In this document: positions 8,272 to 16,054 of the stretch, piece after piece
Layout: each line of letters begins with the position of its first letter
How positions within the stretch are numbered: the stretch's first letter is position 1
Virus record (IMG/VR): IMGVR_UViG_3300020057_001228
Coordinates: 128,001-166,577 of that record
Length of the DNA: 38,577 bases
Reading direction: 5' to 3' (one strand)
From: a virus
Taxonomy: Duplodnaviria; Heunggongvirae; Uroviricota; Caudoviricetes
Made by a program: the position numbers and the translations under genes
Notes under the pieces: generated by a model
What the model saw: only the letters and a program-made list of their open reading frames with translations
What the model was told of the DNA's origin: nothing
Databases searched by the model: none

Positions 8272-9148
8272 TGGGTAAGATGATCCCAGGATGAGATTCG
8301 TAATCGAGCAGCTTAAAATCTTCGTAGACGTAATCATCGAGGTTCATTCTAGGAGTGAACGTAAGACCTGGTGCTTTGAATGGTTCCCTAGCCAACTGCG
8401 TTCTCATACCTTCTTCGTGGTTTGTATAGATGTGTGCATCCCCAATCGTATGCACGAAGAACCTAGGTAGAAGATCACAGACCTGGCATAGAAGAATCTG
8501 GAGTAAACTGTAGCTTGCGATGTTGTAAGGAACGCCTAATCCAATATCACCACTACGTTGGTATAGCTGCATGTCTAAGTGTCGCTTGCCATTCGAAGTC
8601 TCATTACTAACGTAGCAATGGAACATCGTGTGGCACGGAGGTAGAGCCATCTTGTCAATGTCTGAAACGTTCCAGGCACTGACGATATGTCTCCGGCTAT
8701 CTGGGTTGTTCTTGAGACCGTCTACTAGGTTAGCTATCTGATCGATAGGAGTCTTTCTAGCAAACAGCTCGCAGCCGTCGCCAGCGTCATCAACCATACC
8801 CGCTGCCCAATACGTTTCCCAAGATCTCCACTGTTTCCCATAAATAGGACCCAGCTCCCCGTTCTGGTCAGCCCAAGCCGACCAAATAGGAACCTTGTAA
8901 TCTTCTAGTTCTCTACAGTTAGTAGAGCCTTTCAAAAACCACAGAAGCTCTCTTACTATACCTTCCCATCGTTTACCATCTAACCTCTTAGTTGTAAGCA
9001 AAGGAAAGCCTGCACGTAAATCGTACCGTGATTGCGTACCAAATACACTAATGGTACCTGTACCTGTACGGTCATCTCTACGTTCACCGTAAGAGAGCAC
9101 CTGCTCAACTAGGTTTAAATACACCGATTCGTTTCTGTTCTCTGCCAC
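8261..9148 (-). CDS. thyA: thymidylate synthase (classical ThyA)
   Basis: DRTGTGT, FPLLTTK, ELLWFL.G, GPIYGKQWR, DSRR, ALPPCH, YQRSGD.GLGVPYNIASY, GDAHIY. Confidence 0.98.
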   Translation of the reverse strand: MAENRNESVYLNLVEQVLSYGERRDDRTGTGTISVFGTQSRYDLRAGFPLLTTKRLDGKRWEGIVRELLWFLKGSTNCRELEDYKVPIWSAWADQNGELGPIYGKQWRSWETYWAAGMVDDAGDGCELFARKTPIDQIANLVDGLKNNPDSRRHIVSAWNVSDIDKMALPPCHTMFHCYVSNETSNGKRHLDMQLYQRSGDIGLGVPYNIASYSLLQILLCQVCDLLPRFFVHTIGDAHIYTNHEEGMRTQLAREPFKAPGLTFTPRMNLDDYVYEDFKLLDYESHPGIILPIAV

Positions 9149-9437
9149 GTTTCCTGCCTCGATAAAGCTGCAATAGGTTCTCTGCTTCAGCTAGATACTC
9201 TAACAGTAGCTCGCCTGCAATGTAACTCTTGTGTAATGAGCACACATAGATCTTACGAATGATTAGGAAGGGACCAGGATATCGAGTCCAACCTATTACG
9301 CTGGTACACGATATCCTGTTTACAACCGCTGATACTTCCTGTTTCTCAAGAACCCTTGTGAACTCTGTAGAGAGGGCGTTCCAATCGGTCCTGATAGAAC
9401 CGGTGTACCAGTTAAACATGGAACTATTGGTCAACAA
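9105..9437 (-). CDS. hypothetical protein
   Basis: 110-aa ORF with TTG start, overlapping both neighbours. Confidence 0.55.
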   Translation of the reverse strand: MLTNSSMFNWYTGSIRTDWNALSTEFTRVLEKQEVSAVVNRISCTSVIGWTRYPGPFLIIRKIYVCSLHKSYIAGELLLEYLAEAENLLQLYRGRKRGREQKRIGVFKPS

Positions 9438-9780
9438 CAGTGTAGTTGTCCATGCGAGCGAGTACAGCTAACCAATGGGCACTCTCTACAGTGTAGTAGG
9501 TAGACGTACCAAAGGCAGGTAGGGGTCCAACACCTGAGTCGAAGGTAGCCCGGTAGTTATCTGAGTTGGGATCCTTTTCGATCACGTCTCTGATAACCCA
9601 CTTAGATACCCACTCTCCGTTCTCATAAACCCTATCACCTACCTGTAGAAGTCTCTTCCCGAGAAGACCTTCAGCAACCTTAGACTCGTATGCAGCAGAG
9701 TGCATGTACACACCTCTGTACCCAAGCACATAGACCATGATGGATACAAAGAGGAGCATCACAAAGATTGGGAGTATCAC
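9424..9780 (-). CDS. hypothetical protein with N-terminal transmembrane helix
   Basis: Start moved to GTG 9780 (AAGGGG RBS, after the clpS stop); hydrophobic segment ILPIFVMLLFVSIMVYVLGY. Confidence 0.65.
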   Translation of the reverse strand: MILPIFVMLLFVSIMVYVLGYRGVYMHSAAYESKVAEGLLGKRLLQVGDRVYENGEWVSKWVIRDVIEKDPNSDNYRATFDSGVGPLPAFGTSTYYTVESAHWLAVLARMDNYTVVDQ

Positions 9781-9794
9781 TGGCAGCCCCTTTA

Positions 9795-10124
9795 TCAGTT
9801 CTGCTCGATACTTACTGTAAGCCCCTGCCCCCAGCCTTCTAATTGATCCTTGTACATCTCGGCGTGCTCCTTGGGAGTTGTCTTCACGATAGCCTTGCCC
9901 TGGTTGTGAATCTCCCACGTCTTACTCTCCGCTTCTGCTCTACTGAGGTTACACACGCTCTTGAGGCCACCTGTGACCTCTTCAAAGGTGTTGTGCTCTG
10001 TGTTATGGACAATGACGTTCCAGTCACCACCAGAGCCTGTTCCTGTACCTTGTGTGACCTTGTCCTTAGTGGGCGTTGCGGTCATGACAGGAAAGTTATC
10101 AAGCACGCTAGCATAGTTGTACAT
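9795..10124 (-). CDS. clpS: ATP-dependent Clp protease adaptor ClpS-like protein
   Basis: WNVIVHN..HNTFEEV...L..V..LS..EA....WEIH..GKAIV.....EHAE.Y...L....LTVSIE matches the ClpS core; flexible N-terminal extension. Confidence 0.9.
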   Translation of the reverse strand: MYNYASVLDNFPVMTATPTKDKVTQGTGTGSGGDWNVIVHNTEHNTFEEVTGGLKSVCNLSRAEAESKTWEIHNQGKAIVKTTPKEHAEMYKDQLEGWGQGLTVSIEQN

Positions 10125-10133
10125 CTGTTCTCC

Positions 10134-10334
10134 TTAGAAGCGGATGGTCTGACATCCTTCATACTTACCTGTTGCTTTTGGAAGCTCCAACCTAGAACCA
10201 TAAGCGCGTTGACGAAACTCTTGTAGAGCTTCACGCTCGTTAGCATTGTTCATGCCACGTTTTACTAAGGCGTCATGTCGAAGGATCTCTGTATCCAGTA
10301 ATGCCCTTACGCGTTCGTCTGTAGTAGTTTCCAC
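10134..10334 (-). CDS. hypothetical protein
   Basis: Likely GTG start overlapping the upstream TAG (TAGTG), with GGAG RBS. Confidence 0.55.
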   Translation of the reverse strand: METTTDERVRALLDTEILRHDALVKRGMNNANEREALQEFRQRAYGSRLELPKATGKYEGCQTIRF

Positions 10335-10849
10335 TAGGGTCTCCAAGATATGTAAAGTGCAGTTCCTAGTAGTGACGCGTAGTGCCATTTCTGGTCCATC
10401 TCTATTGTCACGTGGACCTTTACGGCCGCACCTAGCATATCTACTTCAGACACCATCTTGTTGACAGTATCTGGGTAGTTCCATCCCTTAGTTACGTGGC
10501 AGAACCAACTGAGAAACCTTCTAGTATCCATCCACGCATGAGGCAAAGCTATAGATCCTAGGGCGTACCACAGGTTGAACCCTGGGTTGTAGCTCTGTAG
10601 GAATAGCAATGCTGGTAGGAACGACAACGTGTACACAAGTATGTGTGACCACAGTGGTGTATTCCACCCAGTCCAACGGGGGTTGAATTCAAGTTCTCCG
10701 GTCATTGAAGCACTCAACAGATCAAAGGGTAGAAGTCCGCGCTTACTCTTGTTGTTAGCTTGATACGGGACCTGGAACCAATAGTCTGCGATGCCATGAG
10801 TAGCATGAAATAGAGCGTATGCAGCTGCTAATATGGGTAGGTTGATCAC
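10334..10849 (-). CDS. DUF3307-like membrane protein
   Basis: H.IADY.FQ....A.NK, L.SH...Y, H..MD and DQ.WH motifs within hydrophobic helices. Confidence 0.75.
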   Translation of the reverse strand: MINLPILAAAYALFHATHGIADYWFQVPYQANNKSKRGLLPFDLLSASMTGELEFNPRWTGWNTPLWSHILVYTLSFLPALLFLQSYNPGFNLWYALGSIALPHAWMDTRRFLSWFCHVTKGWNYPDTVNKMVSEVDMLGAAVKVHVTIEMDQKWHYASLLGTALYISWRP

Positions 10850-10863
10850 TGTTACTTCCCTTT

Positions 10864-10895
10864 AAAAAGGGGGCTCCACCTTTCAGTAGAACCCC
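10864..10895 (-). terminator. intrinsic terminator
   Basis: GGGGTTCTACT-GAAA-GGTGGAGCCCC followed by CTTTTT. Confidence 0.85.
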
Positions 10896-10903
10896 AGAGC
10901 ACC

Positions 10904-11275
10904 TTACTGGAGTACGAGCTTAGCCTGCTCCCGGCTGATGGGAGCTTCGATACGAACACCTTCACGAATCTCAACCACTAGCTTAACGGAACTGACACTC
11001 CTTACGGATGGAACGTCACGAACTGTAGCTACTGCGCGAGCGTTGTTGGCTTTGATCTCTGCAGACCGACGCTTGAAGCCCTTGGCCTGAGCCTTAGACG
11101 CAGCTTCGTAGGTCTTGTACACAGTACCCTTGGACCGGGAGAGCGTAAGATAACGCTCGACAGTCTTGTACTGGGCTGCAGTGATGTTCTTCGTATCAAT
11201 CTTCAATTGGCTGCAGATCTTACCCACTACGGAGTGCCAGATGTCCAGCTTCTTGGAGGCTTCGACTAGATTCAT
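10904..11275 (-). CDS. basic putative helix-turn-helix DNA-binding protein
   Basis: Start ATG 11275 (AAGGGA RBS); MNLVEASKKLDIWHSVVGKICSQLKI resembles a MerR/excisionase-like HTH; similar to 37609..38043. Confidence 0.55.
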   Translation of the reverse strand: MNLVEASKKLDIWHSVVGKICSQLKIDTKNITAAQYKTVERYLTLSRSKGTVYKTYEAASKAQAKGFKRRSAEIKANNARAVATVRDVPSVRSVSSVKLVVEIREGVRIEAPISREQAKLVLQ

Positions 11276-11309
11276 GATGATGTTTCCCTTTACGTATGAT
11301 GTTTGTCTT

Positions 11310-12206
11310 CTAGAAGTTGCCAGGAGCAACTTGAAACACCGTAAGGCCAAGAGACCTCATGTGGTTCACAACCTGATCGCGGTCATCGAAGACCACATCT
11401 ACGTAATACTCGGGAAGGATATGCGTCTTGTATAGCTCTTCTTTGATCACATAATCGGGACGGTTGTCCCCTGTGGTTCTCATGAAGAGTCCTACGCTCT
11501 CGATCCCGTGCTTTGCCAACGCTGTTTCTGTCTGTGTGCGGTACTTGTTTTCCCGGCCTGAGAGTAGAATCAGTGGTAGCCCCCAGTGCTGTTGGTACGC
11601 ACGAATAGCGTTAGCTACTGGAGTATTCAATGGATCACGATCACATGTACTGGCGTCGAAAGGATTGCGACCATTGAGAAGGAACAGAGTTCCATCCAGG
11701 TCAGACACAATGCAACGCGGCTTGGTGGAATCGTTAATGAATGGTGTATCCGAGAGTAGCTTTTTGAAGTACTTCTCATAGGTCTCTGTGATGGCTTTGA
11801 CTCCAACAGGTTTATCCCGCTTAGAGTCTCGGTCCAGACAGACATGCAGAGGAGTATCAAACAGCTTGATCTCTACCTCTACGGTAGCTGGGAAGCTAGC
11901 TCTAGCTGTGAGGCTGACTGCTAGGTCCTGTAGCCGCGTGAGGTGTGGCTCGTAGCCATGGGTATTATCCACGACTACGTTCTTGTGGTTGAGGAGTGCT
12001 TGAGTGATGATCGAGGATTCGATCTCGACCGTGGTCTTCTCATTGTTACGGGTCCATTGACCATCGTAGAGCATAACCCGAAGGTCATCTTTGCTGGCTC
12101 TAACCCAGGAATCTGGATTCGTCTTTACAAGGTTTCTAGCAAAGGTAGATTTACCGGATGCTTGCAGGCCCCGAAGAACTAGTAGCTTCAACGTATTCGT
12201 GCTCAT
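11310..12206 (-). CDS. pseT: polynucleotide 5'-kinase / 3'-phosphatase (T4 PNKP-like)
   Basis: P-loop GLQASGKST, DDLR, VVVDNT; HAD phosphatase DLDGTL, LSGR, MR..GD.RPD..IK, FDDR..VV. Confidence 0.95.
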   Translation of the reverse strand: MSTNTLKLLVLRGLQASGKSTFARNLVKTNPDSWVRASKDDLRVMLYDGQWTRNNEKTTVEIESSIITQALLNHKNVVVDNTHGYEPHLTRLQDLAVSLTARASFPATVEVEIKLFDTPLHVCLDRDSKRDKPVGVKAITETYEKYFKKLLSDTPFINDSTKPRCIVSDLDGTLFLLNGRNPFDASTCDRDPLNTPVANAIRAYQQHWGLPLILLSGRENKYRTQTETALAKHGIESVGLFMRTTGDNRPDYVIKEELYKTHILPEYYVDVVFDDRDQVVNHMRSLGLTVFQVAPGNF

Positions 12207-12630
12207 CGTTTCTCCTAGTTAGAACGTGTGGGTATACAAGATCATCAATAGTCTTGTGAGGGTCAAGAACCCTCTCACCCATATAGCAGAACGCTTCCAT
12301 CAATTCATGTCGCACAGTCAGCTCTACAGCGTTCCATGCTTTCATGACTACCCTGGTCTCATCAGCGTCAACAGGGATGAACACCCCGCCACCATAGCCA
12401 GTCTCTATCTTACCCGTCGTAGTATCTGGCCTTTGAAAGGTTGGCCAGATGACGAAGCCCATTACGTGAGTCTCGTTCATATTGACGAGCACGCCACCTT
12501 TGTAGCCTACAGAAGCGTAGCCACCCTTCCTGTAAAGCTCTTGAATCTTCCAGCTCCACCCCATATCTACACAGGAGGGTTTAAAGGTAATCCCATCTAG
12601 GATTACTTCTATATCACGTAGTATGAGAAT
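12151..12630 (-). CDS. hypothetical protein, start uncertain (ATT 12630 or ATG 12564)
   Basis: The frame is open from 12639. A strong GGAGG lies 5 nt before ATT 12630, while ATG 12564 has no RBS. The protein contains FQRPDT.TG...GYG and RHELMEAF.Y.GERVLDPH. Confidence 0.6.
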   Translation of the reverse strand: MLILRDIEVILDGITFKPSCVDMGWSWKIQELYRKGGYASVGYKGGVLVNMNETHVMGFVIWPTFQRPDTTTGKIETGYGGGVFIPVDADETRVVMKAWNAVELTVRHELMEAFCYMGERVLDPHKTIDDLVYPHVLTRRNDEHEYVEATSSSGPASIR

Positions 12631-12639
12631 GAGGACCTC

Positions 12640-12882
12640 CTACAGGTGTATTGGCCTATGTGGGTACAGTGTTACGTATACCTTAGGGTTCAATGCACCT
12701 ATTCTTTGTGTGGGTGAATGTGGGTCAGCTAGCTCTGGGTTCTCGTCCTCTAGCTTCTTGAGCTCGTGGTAGAGTTTGTCCCATTCGTAGTCGCTGATCT
12801 TTGGCGCGTCGTGGTTATAGTAGAGTTGGCTATGATACTCAACATCTTCTCTAAGCTGGAGCACCTTCTCTTGCAGTGTCAT
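12640..12882 (-). CDS. stand-alone NAD+-dependent DNA ligase domain Ia protein
   Basis: LRE.VEYH...YY..DAP.ISD.EWD.L..EL..LE...PE.....SPTQRIG is LigA subdomain Ia; no adenylation domain follows. Confidence 0.88.
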   Translation of the reverse strand: MTLQEKVLQLREDVEYHSQLYYNHDAPKISDYEWDKLYHELKKLEDENPELADPHSPTQRIGALNPKVYVTLYPHRPIHL

Positions 12883-13963
12883 CTAGTGTTACTCCTAGTC
12901 CGTCGAAACCAGATCTGCCTTCCGGTTCCAACATACCCCAGATAGCCTTGTGGTAACCCTTGCGGTCTAACATCTTGAACATGATATAAGCCCAAGGATC
13001 ACCGTACCCAAGAATGACAACAGCTAGAGCTTTGCGATCTGCACCAAAGGGCAACGCCTTCTGAGCCTCATCTAGCTTCTCTCTAGCTTTGTCTTCGACA
13101 TCTCTGTACTTCTGCCGGAACTCCCGTTCCATAGACTTCATCCAGTTGAACATCTCGTCAGGAATATTCTCTGGGATGTCCCCTGGCAGACCGTGAACTT
13201 CTTTCATGTAGAGCATGTTCCAAATCTGTTTGGGGTTCATGCCACTCATGATGCTGTTTAGTCTGCAGTACTCTGAGAACTTGATCTTGACTCGATACCC
13301 ACTAGAGAAGCGAACGATATATCCTTCGCGATTCTCATACGTATGATTGGTCTCACTCTCTTGCACAATGCTTTCGAGAGTGGATCCTTCATACCGGTGG
13401 GCAGTGGGGAAGCCAAAGGAAGAGTCGAGCTTCAGTTCCTCACCCGTATCTGTGTTACGGATACCAGTAAGGATTAAATCCTCCTGAGTACCATAATCTA
13501 CAAGAATACGAGTCGTAGGATGCAGCAGCTCAAACATGTACGTGTTGGCTGTGTCTAACGCAGCGAGCTGGTCTTTGTATCTATTTTCAAACAACGCCTT
13601 AGCGATACCAACGTGATCAGAGGTGAAAGACCCTGAGGACGTTACTATTGGTAAACCGTCGAACCATGAAAGGGTGATCAAAGACCCATCTAGCTTGTCG
13701 TATACATCGTAATCTAGACCTACAGGAATCTCTTCCAGTGGCCGCTCTCCGTAGTTGAAGAACTTGTTGTAGGGCCTAGAGACAACTCTTCCGTCGTCAC
13801 TGATCACAATACCCCTGCAAGCAGAAGTAATGTAGTTCCAGGCCTGTGAGTACACACACAGAGGTGTGTATTTATAGATGGTTAGAGGTAGGGTAGCATG
13901 TCTACCAGACCTTACCAAACCCTCATTAACATACGGTTGAATCATCTCGTTGGTGAGCAACAT
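12851..13963 (-). CDS. RNA ligase, T4 Rnl1 family
   Basis: CRGIV, KFFNYGE, motif I KLDGSL, FEL, motif IV EGYIV, motif V KIK..EY. Start at ATG 13963 with GAGG. Confidence 0.92.
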   Translation of the reverse strand: MLLTNEMIQPYVNEGLVRSGRHATLPLTIYKYTPLCVYSQAWNYITSACRGIVISDDGRVVSRPYNKFFNYGERPLEEIPVGLDYDVYDKLDGSLITLSWFDGLPIVTSSGSFTSDHVGIAKALFENRYKDQLAALDTANTYMFELLHPTTRILVDYGTQEDLILTGIRNTDTGEELKLDSSFGFPTAHRYEGSTLESIVQESETNHTYENREGYIVRFSSGYRVKIKFSEYCRLNSIMSGMNPKQIWNMLYMKEVHGLPGDIPENIPDEMFNWMKSMEREFRQKYRDVEDKAREKLDEAQKALPFGADRKALAVVILGYGDPWAYIMFKMLDRKGYHKAIWGMLEPEGRSGFDGLGVTLDDTAREGAPA

Positions 13964-14348
13964 CAGTAGCACCTCTTCTAGCATCTTTGAAGTTTTTAAC
14001 TAGACGAAGGCGCCTTCTAGCGCTACTAATTTCACTCAGCAAGCTACCGTAATGGGTCAGTGGTAGGACCATAGCTTGTCTAAGTTCACTACCCTTTTTA
14101 ATGAAGTCTTGCTTAGCGGCGTAAGCACCAGGCCCTGTTGCTGGGGTCAAGCCAAGTAGCTGCATAGAATACCAGACCATATTCTCGTCTAAACCATCTA
14201 TGTGGTCAGCTGATATCTTGGACCACGACATTCTACCTCCAGCTCCAAGGACTACTGTCTGCCCTGGCGTAGGATTTGGGGCTATATGCCTAGCACTGAT
14301 TGTTCCCATACTCACTGGTGAAAATCCTGTTATATTGTGGTGCGACAT
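13926..14348 (-). CDS. hypothetical protein
   Basis: 140-aa ORF with AAGGA RBS. Confidence 0.65.
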   Translation of the reverse strand: MSHHNITGFSPVSMGTISARHIAPNPTPGQTVVLGAGGRMSWSKISADHIDGLDENMVWYSMQLLGLTPATGPGAYAAKQDFIKKGSELRQAMVLPLTHYGSLLSEISSARRRLRLVKNFKDARRGATDVAHQRDDSTVC

Positions 14349-14356
14349 AGTTTCCT

Positions 14357-14695
14357 TTAATCTGCAAAGACGATGGGGGCTCCCATGATAATGGTACCGT
14401 CACCTGATACGTCTCCGCAGTGCCTGGTAGTATCTGTAAGCCTCGCCACACCCTTGTCGTTGATTACTTTGGTAGAACCAGAGGAGATACTATAGGTATT
14501 TGTGCCAACACATGCAGCGTGCACACCCTTATCATCCTTCCGAGCCATAGGCTGTCCCATAACCATCACCTTCGTACTACCTTGGACGATAGGCCCAACC
14601 ACACCAAATGGTGTCGGTATGCCTATGACAGGGGGTACGAGATGAACATCTGCGGCACAGATTGCTGTGTCACCAACTCTAGCTATGGGAAGCAT
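14357..14695 (-). CDS. PAAR-repeat spike tip protein
   Basis: Three repeats (PIARVGD, PMARKDD, GVARLTD) with GS.KV segments and H/C ligands. Start ATG 14695 after AGGAG. Confidence 0.92.
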   Translation of the reverse strand: MLPIARVGDTAICAADVHLVPPVIGIPTPFGVVGPIVQGSTKVMVMGQPMARKDDKGVHAACVGTNTYSISSGSTKVINDKGVARLTDTTRHCGDVSGDGTIIMGAPIVFAD

Positions 14696-14781
14696 GATAG
14701 CAAGGCTCCTAATACACCACACACGAAGAACAATATCTCTATTAGTAGTACTGTAAGCCAGACTTCATCTTTAAATTTCAT
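14683..14781 (-). CDS. possible 32-aa membrane peptide
   Basis: MKFKDEVWLTVLLIEILFFVCGVLGALLSCFP bridges the gap and overlaps both neighbours; no clear RBS. Confidence 0.3.
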   Translation of the reverse strand: MKFKDEVWLTVLLIEILFFVCGVLGALLSCFP

Positions 14782-15355
14782 GATACCAAACTGTGGTAGC
14801 TGGCCCTTCAAACATTCTATCGGCATCTACGATAGTTAGATGTATGATGATCCTGCCAACAGGTACTCCACTATCTGTAACTATGAAGTCACCTTGGTAG
14901 TTACCAACAGGCAGAGGAGCAACGAAGGTTAACCCCACAGACAAGGTGTAGTTAGCACCTATGATTGAGTTCGTACGATTGTATACACTCTGAAAGCCAA
15001 CAGGGTCTTGTGCAGTAAAGAAGAAGAGATGAGGGTTGAGTGGATTGTTCGTGTCATCTAAGGTGATCTCGAAGAAGCTTCCTGTAAAGACTACAACGGG
15101 TTGGTTGGCGATAGCGTTTCTGCTTATCACCTCGCCTAGATTGGGCTCCGTCATCTTCCGGATCTCTTCGTAGAAGATGATGTCCTGATTGAAACCTAGG
15201 TTGTCGAAGAAACCCAGGGAAACTGAGACTCTTAATGGAATCTGGAGGACCAGGGTCGTTAGCGGAGAGGGTAACAACCCAACCATTGCCCCAGATATCC
15301 TGTCCTCGTACGTCCCAAGGTTGAGCTCCAGCCATCCGTTTTTGTTTGTTGCCAT
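14771..15355 (-). CDS. hypothetical beta-rich protein, possibly virion-associated
   Basis: 194 aa with an Ig-like C-terminal pattern (PVGNYQGDFIVTD...IIIHLTIV); next to PAAR. Confidence 0.6.
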   Translation of the reverse strand: MATNKNGWLELNLGTYEDRISGAMVGLLPSPLTTLVLQIPLRVSVSLGFFDNLGFNQDIIFYEEIRKMTEPNLGEVISRNAIANQPVVVFTGSFFEITLDDTNNPLNPHLFFFTAQDPVGFQSVYNRTNSIIGANYTLSVGLTFVAPLPVGNYQGDFIVTDSGVPVGRIIIHLTIVDADRMFEGPATTVWYHEI

Positions 15356-15506
15356 AGAGGTAAGCGTCTCTCAATCGTAGTACCGGACTGAAGATCATTC
15401 TAGCAGAATCGATATGTCTACGGGTGATGCTATCTTCCTCATAGTATTCCATAAAGAAACCAATACGTGCTCTGTCAAACGCTAGATACTGCCATGGTCC
15501 TCTCAT
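15054..15506 (-). CDS. hypothetical protein overlapping the downstream gene by about 300 nt
   Basis: AGGA RBS and ATGA coupling to the upstream gene. The first ~57 aa look like a real ORFan; the remainder overprints 14771..15355. Confidence 0.45.
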   Translation of the reverse strand: MRGPWQYLAFDRARIGFFMEYYEEDSITRRHIDSARMIFSPVLRLRDAYLYGNKQKRMAGAQPWDVRGQDIWGNGWVVTLSANDPGPPDSIKSLSFPGFLRQPRFQSGHHLLRRDPEDDGAQSRRGDKQKRYRQPTRCSLYRKLLRDHLR

Positions 15507-15679
15507 CTACGCTTCCTAACTACACTGTAGTAGCGGTTAGCTTTATGCATAGCTTCAAAGAAGACAGAAATCCTCTGGGTGTTTTCGACAACACCAAAGA
15601 CTCTCCAAAGGAATACCTCGTCATGGATATTATTAATAAGCCAACGCATCCATCGGTTTACCACAGGAAGATTAGTCAT
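15503..15679 (-). CDS. small hypothetical protein (58 aa), paralog of 15676..15873
   Basis: Not in the ORF track. MTNLPVVNRWMRWLINNIHDEVFLWRVFGVVENTQRISVFFEAMHKANRYYSVVRKRR; ATGA overlaps at both ends. Confidence 0.75.
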   Translation of the reverse strand: MTNLPVVNRWMRWLINNIHDEVFLWRVFGVVENTQRISVFFEAMHKANRYYSVVRKRR

Positions 15680-15873
15680 CTACGTTTCCGAACAGCGTCA
15701 CGGTAACGTCTAGCCTTAGCTAATCTCTCGAAGAACATGTCATCGAAGAATTTAGAGCTAGCATTCTCATCGTTACAGAAGTACTTCCAATTCAGCATCT
15801 CACCGTAGATACCACCAATGAGGTCCTTAATCCAGTAATAGACTCTTGCTGGCTGGTACACCAGTTCTATCAT
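15676..15873 (-). CDS. small hypothetical protein (65 aa), paralog of 15503..15679
   Basis: Start moved to ATG 15873 (GGGGA RBS); aligns end to end with its neighbour. Confidence 0.75.
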   Translation of the reverse strand: MIELVYQPARVYYWIKDLIGGIYGEMLNWKYFCNDENASSKFFDDMFFERLAKARRYRDAVRKRR

Positions 15874-16054
15874 GACGTCTTCCCCGTATGATGACATAGA
15901 TGTCGTATAGATCTTGTATGCTGTCCGTGGCCCCATCTGCGTCATCGCTAGGCTCGTAGAACTGACCAGCCTCCATACGGTTTATAGCCATAACACAGGC
16001 TACGTGCACATACACCCAAGCCTTGAAGTTGTCAGGCTGTGACCACGAAGTCAT
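15827..16054 (-). CDS. hypothetical protein
   Basis: ATG 16054 with AGGTGG upstream; fills the gap. Confidence 0.5.
   Translation of the reverse strand: MTSWSQPDNFKAWVYVHVACVMAINRMEAGQFYEPSDDADGATDSIQDLYDIYVIIRGRRHDRTGVPASKSLLLD

Noticed and set aside
1267-9148. Inteins or group I introns in polA, nrdJ or thyA
   Set aside because: All three frames are continuous; the insertions are short and lack intein C...HN ends or homing-endonuclease motifs.
12640-12882. ligA pseudogene or frameshifted full-length DNA ligase
   Set aside because: No KxDG adenylation-domain sequence was seen downstream; the ORF ends cleanly at the domain Ia boundary and has its own RBS.
15467-15706. Plus-strand 79-aa ORF
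   Set aside because: The same interval holds a better minus-strand gene (15503..15679) with a clear paralog and ATGA coupling.
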